Of a DNA stretch of 64,000 nucleotides, positions 16,674 through 25,302 are shown piece after piece. Made by a program: the position numbers and the translations under genes. The DNA is from an uncultured Alphaproteobacteria bacterium (GTDB lineage Bacteria > Pseudomonadota > Alphaproteobacteria > Acetobacterales > Acetobacteraceae), in assembly GCA_963795435.1 (NCBI GenBank), contig CAWCHV010000006.1, positions 73,981 to 137,980 of the forward strand, read 5' to 3'. The notes under the pieces were generated by a model. The model searched no databases, was not told the DNA's origin, and saw nothing but the letters and a program-made list of their open reading frames with translations. Positions within the stretch are counted from its first letter, which is position 1; each line of letters opens with the position of its first letter.

Positions 16674-17453
16674 TCATTTCCCCCGCCAATCCGGCTCCCG
16701 CTTGTTGAGGAACGCATCCATCCCCTCGCGGAAATCCTCGCTCATATAGCACATCAGGATGAGGTCGCGGCCCTCGTCTGGGGCCATTTTCTCCTTGATG
16801 CGACGCAGCGCCTCCTTGGTGGCGCGCAAGGTGAGCGGTGCCTGGCCGGCGACCAGCCGCGCCAGCGCCTCGGCGCGCGCGAGCAGGCTCGCATGGTCGG
16901 GCAGAACCTCGCTGAGCAGGCCGAGCGCGCGCGCCTCCTCGGCCTCCACCAGCCGCGAGGTGAAGATGATCTCCTTGGTGCGCGCCGGGCCGATCAGGGC
17001 GGCGAGGCGGGTGTAGTTGGAGATCGACAGGCAGTTGCCGAGCGTGCGCGCGATCGGAAAGCCGAACCGCGCATTGGCCGCGCCGAGGCGGATATCGCAG
17101 CACGCCGCGATCGCCGCACCGCCGCCGGTGCAGGCGCCGGAGATCGCCGCGACCGAGGGAATCGGGCAACGCTCCAACGCACCAAGCACGCGGTCGATCC
17201 GCGCCTCATAGTCGATCGCGTCCTGCGGCTCCTTGAAGGCGCGGAATTGGCTGATGTCGGTGCCCGCCGCGAACGCCTTCTCTCCCGCTCCCGTGAGCAG
17301 CAGGGCGCGCACCTCGCGATCCTGCCCGACCGAGGCGCAGATCTCCGCCAGCCGCTCGTACATCGCGAAGGTCAGCGCGTTGCGCGATTGCGGCCGATTG
17401 AAGGTGACGTGGCCGATCCCGTCGCGGACCTCGTAAAGCAGGTCTTCACCCAT
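16674..17453 (-). CDS. enoyl-CoA hydratase/isomerase family protein
   Basis: Start at ATG 17453 (MGEDLLYEV). Crotonase motifs FNRPQSRNAL, LTGAGEKAFAAGTDI and GACTGGG. Confidence 0.9.
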   Translation of the reverse strand: MGEDLLYEVRDGIGHVTFNRPQSRNALTFAMYERLAEICASVGQDREVRALLLTGAGEKAFAAGTDISQFRAFKEPQDAIDYEARIDRVLGALERCPIPSVAAISGACTGGGAAIAACCDIRLGAANARFGFPIARTLGNCLSISNYTRLAALIGPARTKEIIFTSRLVEAEEARALGLLSEVLPDHASLLARAEALARLVAGQAPLTLRATKEALRRIKEKMAPDEGRDLILMCYMSEDFREGMDAFLNKREPDWRGK

Positions 17454-17728
17454 GTTCCGCACCCTCGCGCCTGATGACGCGGCCGACATTGGCGGCAAGG
17501 CCCGGCGCCCGCAAGCTGGACCCCCGAGGCGCCGGACAAGGCCCCCGTGCGGCGCAGATCCGCTGTCCGGGCGGCGCTGTTGATGACCGGGTGTTTTCCG
17601 CATAGGGTCCGCCGCGAGGAGGCGACTGGGTGGCGAATCCGGCCAGTCGCCACCGCGCGCCGAGTGCATTGGCCGCGCACGAGCAGGGCCGAAGGAATAG
17701 GGTCTTCAGAACCCTCGGAGGGATCGTC

Positions 17729-19531
17729 TTGCAGCCTACCGACATTCGGAATCCCGACTATTTTCATAAGGTCGTGGATTGCCAGTGGGCGTGCCCGGCC
17801 CATACGCCGGTTCCCGAGTACATCCGCATGATCTCGGCCGGCCGCTATGCCGACGCCTACATGGTCAATTGGAAATCCAACGTCTTTCCCGGCATCCTCG
17901 GCCGCACGTGCGACCGGCCTTGCGAGCCCGCCTGCCGGCGTGGCCGCGTGGAGGACGAGCCGGTGGCGATCTGCCGGCTCAAGCGCGTCGCCGCGGATTA
18001 CAAAGGGGACATAAAGGATCGGTTGCCGCTGCCGGCAACGCAGCACAACGGCAAGCGTGTGGCGCTGATCGGCGCCGGACCGGCCTCGCTGACGGTCGCG
18101 CGCGATCTCGCGCCGCTCGGATACGAGCTCGTGCTGTTCGACAGCGATCCGCGCGCCGGCGGCATGATTCGCAGCCAGATACCGAAATTCCGTCTGCCGG
18201 AATCGGTGATCGACGAGGAGGTCGGCTACATCACCGAGCTCGGCATGGAGATGCGGCTTGGCCAGCGCGTCGACAGCCTCAAGGCGCTGCTGGCCGAGGG
18301 TTACGACGCCGTGTTCGTCGGCTCCGGCGCGCCGCGCGGGCGCGACCTCGACATCCCCGGCCGGCAGGAAGGTGCCGCCAACATCCATATCGGCATCGAC
18401 TGGCTCTCATCGGTGTCGTTCGGCCATATCGACAAGATCGGCCGCCGCGTGATCGTGCTCGGCGGCGGCAACACGGCGATGGATTGCTGCCGCTCCGCCC
18501 GCCGGCTCGGCGGCGAGGATGTGAAGGTCGTCGTCCGCTCCGGCTTCGAGGAGATGAAGGCGTCCCCCTGGGAGAAGGAGGACGCGATGCACGAGGACAT
18601 TCCGATCATCAACTTCTTTGTGCCCAAGGAATTCGTCCACTCCGACGGGCGCCTGACCGGCGTGTTGTTCGAGAAGGTCCACGCCGAGTACGACGACAAG
18701 AAGCGGCGACGATTGGTGCCGACAGGCGAGCCCGACGAGCTGATCCCGTGCGACGACGTGCTGGTTGCGGTCGGCCAGGAGAACGCCTTCCCCTGGATCG
18801 AACGCGACATCGGGCTCGAATTCGACCGCTGGAACATGCCGGTGGTGAACGAGACCACGATGCAGTCGACACACCCGAAAGTGTTCTTCGGCGGCGACGC
18901 GGCGTTCGGGCCGAAGAACATCATTTGGGCGGTGGCGCACGGTCACGAGGCGGCGATCTCGATCCATAGGGCGTGCAACGGCGAGGACGTGCGCGAGCGT
19001 CCGCCGCCGGATTTCTCGCTCGTGAGCCAGAAGATGGGCATCCACGAATGGAGCTACGACAACGACGTCTCCAACGATCTGCGCTTCCGCGTGCCGCTGA
19101 AGGAGAAGGCGGTGGCGTTGCGCGACATCAAGCAGGAGGTGGAACTGGGCTTCGACGCGGCGCTAGCCTTCAAGGAGGCGCAACGCTGTCTGAATTGCGA
19201 CGTGCAGACGGTGTTCACCGAGAGCCTGTGCATCGAGTGCGACGCCTGCGTGGACATTTGCCCGGTGGATTGCATCAACTTCACCGAGAACGGCGAGGAG
19301 GGTGAACTGCGCGAGCGGCTGATCGCACCGGCGCGCAACGCCACGCAGGAACTCTACGTCTCCGACGCGCTCAAGACACATCGGGTGATGGTGAAGGACG
19401 AGGACGTTTGCCTGCATTGCGGTCTTTGCGCCGAGCGCTGCCCGACCGGTGCGTGGGACATGCAGCGTTTCCTTCTGGACATGGCGCAGGCGGCGAACGG
19501 ACAGGCGGGCCATACATGCTCCAGACACTAG
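17729..19531 (+). CDS. GltD-like NAD(P)H-dependent FAD oxidoreductase fused to a 2x[4Fe-4S] ferredoxin domain
   Basis: TTG 17729 lies 5 nt after GGAGGG. N-terminal Cys cluster (CDRPCEPACRRG), dinucleotide folds VALIGAGPASL and VIVLGGGNTAMD, and C-terminal CLNCD...CIECDACVDICP...CLHCGLCAERCP. Confidence 0.8.
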   Translation: MQPTDIRNPDYFHKVVDCQWACPAHTPVPEYIRMISAGRYADAYMVNWKSNVFPGILGRTCDRPCEPACRRGRVEDEPVAICRLKRVAADYKGDIKDRLPLPATQHNGKRVALIGAGPASLTVARDLAPLGYELVLFDSDPRAGGMIRSQIPKFRLPESVIDEEVGYITELGMEMRLGQRVDSLKALLAEGYDAVFVGSGAPRGRDLDIPGRQEGAANIHIGIDWLSSVSFGHIDKIGRRVIVLGGGNTAMDCCRSARRLGGEDVKVVVRSGFEEMKASPWEKEDAMHEDIPIINFFVPKEFVHSDGRLTGVLFEKVHAEYDDKKRRRLVPTGEPDELIPCDDVLVAVGQENAFPWIERDIGLEFDRWNMPVVNETTMQSTHPKVFFGGDAAFGPKNIIWAVAHGHEAAISIHRACNGEDVRERPPPDFSLVSQKMGIHEWSYDNDVSNDLRFRVPLKEKAVALRDIKQEVELGFDAALAFKEAQRCLNCDVQTVFTESLCIECDACVDICPVDCINFTENGEEGELRERLIAPARNATQELYVSDALKTHRVMVKDEDVCLHCGLCAERCPTGAWDMQRFLLDMAQAANGQAGHTCSRH

Positions 19532-21372
19532 ACGTCGCTCCGATGCAGCGGGTGAACGACTTCGTCGTCCGCTTCGCCAACGTCAACGGCTCCGGCTCGG
19601 CCAGCGCCAACACCATGTTCGGCAAGTCGATCTTGCGCATGGGCATCCCGGTAGCGCCGCGCAACATTTTTCCGTCCAACATCCAGGGGCTGCCCACCTG
19701 GTACGAGGTGCGGGTGTCGGAGGCGGGTCATCTCGGAGCGCGCGGCGGTACCGATCTCATGGTGGCGATGAACCCGCAGACCTGGAACCAGGACGTCGCG
19801 GGCATCGAGCCTGGCGGCTACCTGTTCTACGATTCGACGAAGCCGCTGCCGCCGTCGAAATTCCGCTCCGACATCACGGTGATCGGCGTTCCGCTGACCG
19901 AGATGTGCAATCGGGAATACAAGGACGCGCGCCAGCGGCAGCTGTTCAAGAACATCATCTATGTCGGCGCGCTCTCGGCCCTGCTCGACATGGATGTCAA
20001 GGTGGTCGAGACGCTGCTCGGCGAGCAGTTCAGGGGCCGCGACAAGCTGATTGCGGCGAACATCCACGCGCTGCACATGGGCCGCGACTACGCGCTGGCC
20101 AATTTGCAATGCCCGATCGGGCTTCGGCTGCGGCGCGCGGACGCGGTGGGCGACCGCATCTCGATCGACGGCAACGCCGCCGCCGCATTGGGCGCGGTCT
20201 ACGGCGGGGCCACGGTTTGCGCCTGGTACCCGATCACGCCGTCCTCGTCGCTGGCGGAGGCGTTCACCAACTACTGCAACCGCCTGCGCGTCGATCCCGT
20301 GACCAAGGGAAAGAAATTCGGGATCTTGCAGGCGGAGGACGAGCTGTCGTCGATCGGCATGGTGGTCGGCGCGGCGTGGAACGGCGCCCGCGCTTTCACC
20401 GCGACCTCCGGCCCCGGTATTTCGCTGATGCAGGAGTTCATTGGGCTCGCCTATTTCGCCGAGATCCCGGCGGTGATCTTCGACGTGCAGCGCGGCGGCC
20501 CCTCCACCGGAATGCCGACGCGCACCCAGCAATCGGACGTGCTGAGCTGCGCCTATGCCTCGCACGGCGACACCAAGCACGTGCTGTTGTTCCCCGAGGA
20601 CCCCCACGAGTGCTTCACATTCGGCGCGGCGGCATTCGATCTCGCGGACCGGCTGCAAACGCCGGTGTTCGTCATGCTCGATCTCGACATCGGCATGAAC
20701 GAGCGGCTTTGCGCCCCCCTGCAATGGGACGACAGCCGCAAGATGGATCGCGGCAAGGTCATGACGGCGGAGGAGCTGAGCGCCGGCAAAGATTTCGGCC
20801 GCTATCTCGACGTGGACGGCGACGGCATCGCCTATCGCACCTATCCCGGCACGCACCCGACGCGCGGCGCCTTCTTCACGCGCGGCACCACCAAGGACCG
20901 CTACGCCCGCTACACCGAGGAGGGCGTGCATTATGTCGACAACATGGAGCGACTGCTCCGGAAGTTCGACACCGCCAAGAGGATCGTGCCGCATCCGGTG
21001 CGCCAGGACGCGGCGGAGCCGACGGCACTCGGCGTGATCTATTACGGCTCGACCAGCCCGGCGATGGCCGAGGCAGTCGACCTGCTGGCTGAGCAGGGCG
21101 TCGGCGTCGATTTGCTGCGCGTGCGCGCCTTTCCGTTCCATGACGACGTGCTGGATTTTGTGGCCGGGCACGAGCAGGTGTTCGTGGTCGAGCAGAACCG
21201 TGACGCGCAGCTCCGTAGCCTGCTCATCAATGAGGGCGAGATCGACCCGAAGAAGCTCACCCGCGTGCTGCACTACGACGGGACGCCGATCACCGCGCGC
21301 TTCATCGCCGATGCGATCGCGGAGAAGGCGACCTCGCTCAAGATCGTTCCGTTCAGGAAGACCGCGCCATGA
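19516..21372 (+). CDS. korA: 2-oxoacid:ferredoxin oxidoreductase subunit alpha
   Basis: ATG 19516 overlaps the upstream gene by 16 nt. KorA-like FANVNGSGSASANTMF... and GAAWNGARAFTATSGPGISLM. Confidence 0.85.
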   Translation: MLQTLDVAPMQRVNDFVVRFANVNGSGSASANTMFGKSILRMGIPVAPRNIFPSNIQGLPTWYEVRVSEAGHLGARGGTDLMVAMNPQTWNQDVAGIEPGGYLFYDSTKPLPPSKFRSDITVIGVPLTEMCNREYKDARQRQLFKNIIYVGALSALLDMDVKVVETLLGEQFRGRDKLIAANIHALHMGRDYALANLQCPIGLRLRRADAVGDRISIDGNAAAALGAVYGGATVCAWYPITPSSSLAEAFTNYCNRLRVDPVTKGKKFGILQAEDELSSIGMVVGAAWNGARAFTATSGPGISLMQEFIGLAYFAEIPAVIFDVQRGGPSTGMPTRTQQSDVLSCAYASHGDTKHVLLFPEDPHECFTFGAAAFDLADRLQTPVFVMLDLDIGMNERLCAPLQWDDSRKMDRGKVMTAEELSAGKDFGRYLDVDGDGIAYRTYPGTHPTRGAFFTRGTTKDRYARYTEEGVHYVDNMERLLRKFDTAKRIVPHPVRQDAAEPTALGVIYYGSTSPAMAEAVDLLAEQGVGVDLLRVRAFPFHDDVLDFVAGHEQVFVVEQNRDAQLRSLLINEGEIDPKKLTRVLHYDGTPITARFIADAIAEKATSLKIVPFRKTAP

Positions 21373-22424
21373 CGTTTCTGCCGAAACCGAAGCTGCACCA
21401 CCCCGAGCTGCCGCGAAACGGGCTCGGCTTCACAAGGCGCGACTACGAAGGGGCGGTTTCAACGCTCTGCGCCGGGTGCGGTCATGACTCGATCAGCGCG
21501 GCGATCGTGTGGGCCTGCTTCTCGATGGAAATCCCGCCGCACCGCATCGCCAAGCTGTCGGGCATCGGCTGCTCGTCCAAGACGCCGACCTATTTCCTCG
21601 GCGCTTCGCACGGCTTCAACTCGGTGCATGGGCGGATGCCGTCGGTGCTCACCGGCGCTAATCTCGCCAACCGCGCGCTGATCTATCTCGGCGTGTCGGG
21701 CGATGGGGACAGCGCCTCGATCGGTCTCGGCCAGTTCGCCCACGCGATGCGTCGCGGCGTGAACATGGTCTATATCGTCGAGAACAACGGCGTGTACGGG
21801 CTCACCAAGGGGCAGTTCTCCGCCACCGCCGACAAGGGGGCCAAGAGCAAGCGTGGCCTGACCAACAACGACGAGGCGATCGACATGGTCGGACTCGCGC
21901 TGCAGCTCGGCGCCACCTACGTCGCGCGCAGCTTCTCGGGCGACAAGGCGCAGCTCGTGCCGCTCATCGAGGGTGCGCTGGCGCACCAGGGGGCGGCGTT
22001 CATCGACTGCATTTCCCCGTGCGTCGCGTTCAACAACCATGAGGGCAGCACCAAGAGTTTCGACTATGTTCGCGAGCACAACGAGGCGGTGAACCGGCTC
22101 GACTACATCTCGGCGCGCGACGAGATCACCGTCGATTACGCGCCGGGCTCGATCGAGACCGTGCGCCAGCACGACGGTTCGATGCTCCGGTTGCGCAAGC
22201 TCGCCGACGATTACGACGTGCATGACCGCGTGGCGGCGATGGACTATTTGCAGCAGCACCACGCGGCGGGCGAAATCGTCACCGGGCTGCTCTACGTCGA
22301 CCCCGAGCCCCGCGACCTGCACGCCTATCTCGGCACGGTCGAAACTCCGTTCAATGAGCTCGACGAGGCGGCGCTGTGCCCGGGCTCGAAGGCGCTCGAC
22401 AAGATCAACGCGTCGTTGCGCTGA
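21369..22424 (+). CDS. korB: 2-oxoacid:ferredoxin oxidoreductase subunit beta (TPP-binding)
   Basis: ATGA overlap with korA. CAGCGHDSI and GDGDSASIGLGQF TPP-binding motifs. Confidence 0.85.
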   Translation: MTFLPKPKLHHPELPRNGLGFTRRDYEGAVSTLCAGCGHDSISAAIVWACFSMEIPPHRIAKLSGIGCSSKTPTYFLGASHGFNSVHGRMPSVLTGANLANRALIYLGVSGDGDSASIGLGQFAHAMRRGVNMVYIVENNGVYGLTKGQFSATADKGAKSKRGLTNNDEAIDMVGLALQLGATYVARSFSGDKAQLVPLIEGALAHQGAAFIDCISPCVAFNNHEGSTKSFDYVREHNEAVNRLDYISARDEITVDYAPGSIETVRQHDGSMLRLRKLADDYDVHDRVAAMDYLQQHHAAGEIVTGLLYVDPEPRDLHAYLGTVETPFNELDEAALCPGSKALDKINASLR

Positions 22425-22528
22425 CCCCCTCACCCCTCACCCCTCACCCCGGCCCTCTCCCCTAAGCAGGGGAGAGGGAGAGGAAAAAGCCCTCTCCCCC
22501 GCTTTGGGGGAGAGGGTTGGGTGAGGGG
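22425..22528. repeat. REP-like palindromic element (two GGGAGAGGG hairpins inside a CCCTCAC/GTGAGGG outer stem)
   Basis: (CCCTCAC)x3. Hairpin CCCTCTCCCC-taagca-GGGGAGAGGG at 22453-22478. Hairpin CCCTCTCCCCC-gcttt-GGGGGAGAGGG at 22490-22516. Closing TTGGGTGAGGGG. Fills the convergent korB/epimerase gap. Confidence 0.9.
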
Positions 22529-22552
22529 ATTGCCGCTCGCTTGGACAGAATA

Positions 22553-23488
22553 TCACCCGACGGTCGGCAGCCCTTCCTGCCTGCGCACGTCGTTGATGAT
22601 CTGCAGCACCCGCTCGCGATAGGGGCGGTACTGCACGCCGAATTCCTGCACCAGCCGCGTGTTGTCGATCAGGTAGTTGCCGGAAATCTCCTTGCCGCCG
22701 GTGTCGTGCTGGAAGGTGATCTGCGCGTCCGGCAGGAACTCGCGCACCATCCCCGCAATGTCGCCGAGACTGATCGCGGTCCCGCCCGAGTTGTAGACGG
22801 CGTGCTTCGGATTGTCGGCCATCAGCACGCGGGCAAAAACCTCCGCGATGTCGTCGACATGGATCGGGCAGCGCATCGCGTCCTTGTGCGGAAACGAGAT
22901 CGGCTTGCCGCGCGCCGGCTGCGTGATGATGTTCACGTGATCGACCGAGCCGCGCACCTTGTCCGGCCCCGTCACGTTGGCCGGGCGCACGGCGGTGATC
23001 GTCATGCCGTATTTGTCGACGTAGTCCTTGGCCTGCCACTCGTTGAAGATCTTGTGCACGGCATACTGATGGTCGCCGTGGCGGAAGTCGTCCTCGGTGA
23101 CGGCGCGCTCGCCGAAATGGCGCTGCTGCCCGTTCACGGCGAGCGAGCTTGCGAACACCACGCGATTGACGGCGGCGAGGCGCGCCGCCTCGAAGCAATT
23201 GTCCATACCGACGATGTTGAGCTTGGTCGCGAAGTGCGGCGCGTGCTCGCTGCCGAGCAGGTAGGAGAGATTGATGATGCGCGACGGCTTGGCTCCGAGC
23301 ACCGCGCTCATCACGTCGTCGAACTGCGTGACGTCGCCCCGCGTGACCGAGACCTGCTTGCCGAGATCGGCGAAGGAGTGCGCGCCCGGGTTGATGTCCA
23401 TGCAGGCGACCTCCTGCCCCTGGGCGGCGAGCAGGCGGACGAGGCGGCTGCCGATGAACCCGGTGCCGCCGATCACGAGTATGGTCAT
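22553..23488 (-). CDS. NAD-dependent epimerase/dehydratase (extended SDR)
   Basis: N-terminal ILVIGGTGFIGSRL Rossmann motif and catalytic YAVHK. Confidence 0.85.
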   Translation of the reverse strand: MTILVIGGTGFIGSRLVRLLAAQGQEVACMDINPGAHSFADLGKQVSVTRGDVTQFDDVMSAVLGAKPSRIINLSYLLGSEHAPHFATKLNIVGMDNCFEAARLAAVNRVVFASSLAVNGQQRHFGERAVTEDDFRHGDHQYAVHKIFNEWQAKDYVDKYGMTITAVRPANVTGPDKVRGSVDHVNIITQPARGKPISFPHKDAMRCPIHVDDIAEVFARVLMADNPKHAVYNSGGTAISLGDIAGMVREFLPDAQITFQHDTGGKEISGNYLIDNTRLVQEFGVQYRPYRERVLQIINDVRRQEGLPTVG

Positions 23489-23512
23489 GCTTCGTTTCCC
23501 CCGAACCTGTCG

Positions 23513-25189
23513 TCAAATCGGTTTGTAGTTGCGGTCCATCTCCACGTCGATCAGCACCGGCCCGCCGGACGCCAGCGCGCGCGGCAGCAGGTCGCGAACT
23601 TCCGCGACCGTGCTCGCCTTGTGCGCGGCGAGGCCAAGGCTCGTCGCCAGTCCGGAAAAATCGATGCGCGGATCGGTGAGGTCCATGCCGACATAGGTGT
23701 CGGTCTGCGCCGCCAGCGACTTCATCGCGTTGGTCCGCTGCTTGAGGATACGGTACGAGCTGTTGTTGAGGATGACGAACACCATCGATAGTTTTTCGTG
23801 CGCGGCCGTCCACAGCGCCTGGATCGAATACATCGAGCTGCCGTCGCCGATCAGGGCGACCAACGGGCGATGCGACAGCGCCAGCTTGATGCCGACGGCT
23901 GCCGGCAATCCCCAGCCGATGCCGCCGCCGCGCAGGCCGTAGAAGCTCTGCGGATCCTCGCTGCGGATCAGCCGGCGCAACCCGGCGCCCGAGGAAATCG
24001 TCTCGTCGACCACCACCGCGTCGTTGGGCAGCATCTCGCCGATCGCGGCGAGCAGGGCGAGCGGCTGCACCGGCGAGGCGCCCTCAAGCTCCTTGGCGCG
24101 CGCCTTGAGCTGTGTGAGCTCGGCGAAACTCTCGCTTCGCGTGGTGTCGCTCCGAGCGCGCGCGTGATCGCGCTGTCCCGCCGTCATGGCGCGGCCGAGC
24201 GCGTCGGACAGGTCGGGCAAGGTGGCGCGCGGTTCGCCAAGGATGGCCACCGTCGCCGGAAAATTCTTGCCGAGCTCCCACGGATTGGTGTCGATGTGGA
24301 TCAGCGGCATTCCGTCCGGCAGCGCCTCGACACTCGCCGGCAGCGACATGGTGAACAGGTCCGCCCCGACCGACAGCACGAGGTCATGCTGCGACAGAAT
24401 GCTCCGCACCGGATGCGCGAGACGCGGCAGGCTGCCGCGGTACAGCGGATGCGTGGTGGGGAAATTGCACCGGCTCGGCACGGTCTCGTCATAGACCGGC
24501 GCGCCGAGCTGCTCCGCCAATGCCGCGAGCCGGTCGAGTGCCGCGCCTTGCGCGACCGCGTCGCCCGCGATGATGACGGGGCGATCGGCGCGCGCCAGCA
24601 TCGACGCGGCCTGCGCCACCGCTTGCGCGTCGCCGCGCATCCCCGAAGCGATGCGCGTGCTGGCGCCGAGATCGAGGTCGGCCGACGCATTGAGCACGTC
24701 GCCGGGCAATCCGATGAACACTGGCCCCATCGGCGGCGCCAGCGCCACCTTGGCGGCACGGCGGACGATGCGTGGCAGATCCTCGACGCGATGCACCTCG
24801 ACCGCCCATTTCACCAGTGGCCGCGCCATCTCGACGATGTCGCCCCACAGCAGCGGTTCGGTGAGGGAAAATGTCTGGTCCTGTTGTCCGGCAGTGACGA
24901 GGATCGGCGCGCCCGCCTTCGCTGCGTCGTACAACATGCCCATCGCGTTGCCGAGGCCGGGGGCGACGTGGAGGTTGCAGAAGGCCAGTTGCCCGGAGGC
25001 CTGGGCGTAGCCGTCGGCCATGCCCATCACGGTCGCTTCCTGCAGACCGAGCACGTAGCGCAGCTCCGTCTCGCCCGCGAGTGCGTCCATCAGCGCGAGT
25101 TCGGTGGTGCCCGGATTGCCGAACAGCACCTTCACGCCTTCCTGCTTGAGCAGCGCGAGCAGCGCCTGCTTGCCCGTCATCACCGGCAT
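23513..25189 (-). CDS. thiamine-diphosphate enzyme, benzoylformate decarboxylase-like
   Basis: N-terminus resembles P. putida MdlC (LFGNPGTTEL...GLQEATVMGMADGYAQASG...NLHVAPGLGNAMG). TPP motif GDGSSMYSIQALWTAA. Confidence 0.75.
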   Translation of the reverse strand: MPVMTGKQALLALLKQEGVKVLFGNPGTTELALMDALAGETELRYVLGLQEATVMGMADGYAQASGQLAFCNLHVAPGLGNAMGMLYDAAKAGAPILVTAGQQDQTFSLTEPLLWGDIVEMARPLVKWAVEVHRVEDLPRIVRRAAKVALAPPMGPVFIGLPGDVLNASADLDLGASTRIASGMRGDAQAVAQAASMLARADRPVIIAGDAVAQGAALDRLAALAEQLGAPVYDETVPSRCNFPTTHPLYRGSLPRLAHPVRSILSQHDLVLSVGADLFTMSLPASVEALPDGMPLIHIDTNPWELGKNFPATVAILGEPRATLPDLSDALGRAMTAGQRDHARARSDTTRSESFAELTQLKARAKELEGASPVQPLALLAAIGEMLPNDAVVVDETISSGAGLRRLIRSEDPQSFYGLRGGGIGWGLPAAVGIKLALSHRPLVALIGDGSSMYSIQALWTAAHEKLSMVFVILNNSSYRILKQRTNAMKSLAAQTDTYVGMDLTDPRIDFSGLATSLGLAAHKASTVAEVRDLLPRALASGGPVLIDVEMDRNYKPI

Positions 25190-25302
25190 TCCGCGTTCCC
25201 CCTCCCTCGTACCCGCAAACCGTAGCAGGCGGCTCGAAACCCGGCCAGCCGGACGGGACTCGACTGTTCGGGCTCGTCCACTACCATCCCCGAGAGAACA
25301 TC

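Noticed and set aside
17454-17728. Structured 275-bp leader upstream of the GltD-like/korAB operon (9-bp stem GGCGACTGG..CCAGTCGCC) as a cis-regulatory RNA
   Set aside because: There is only a single hairpin and no recognisable conserved motif. The evidence from one sequence is insufficient.
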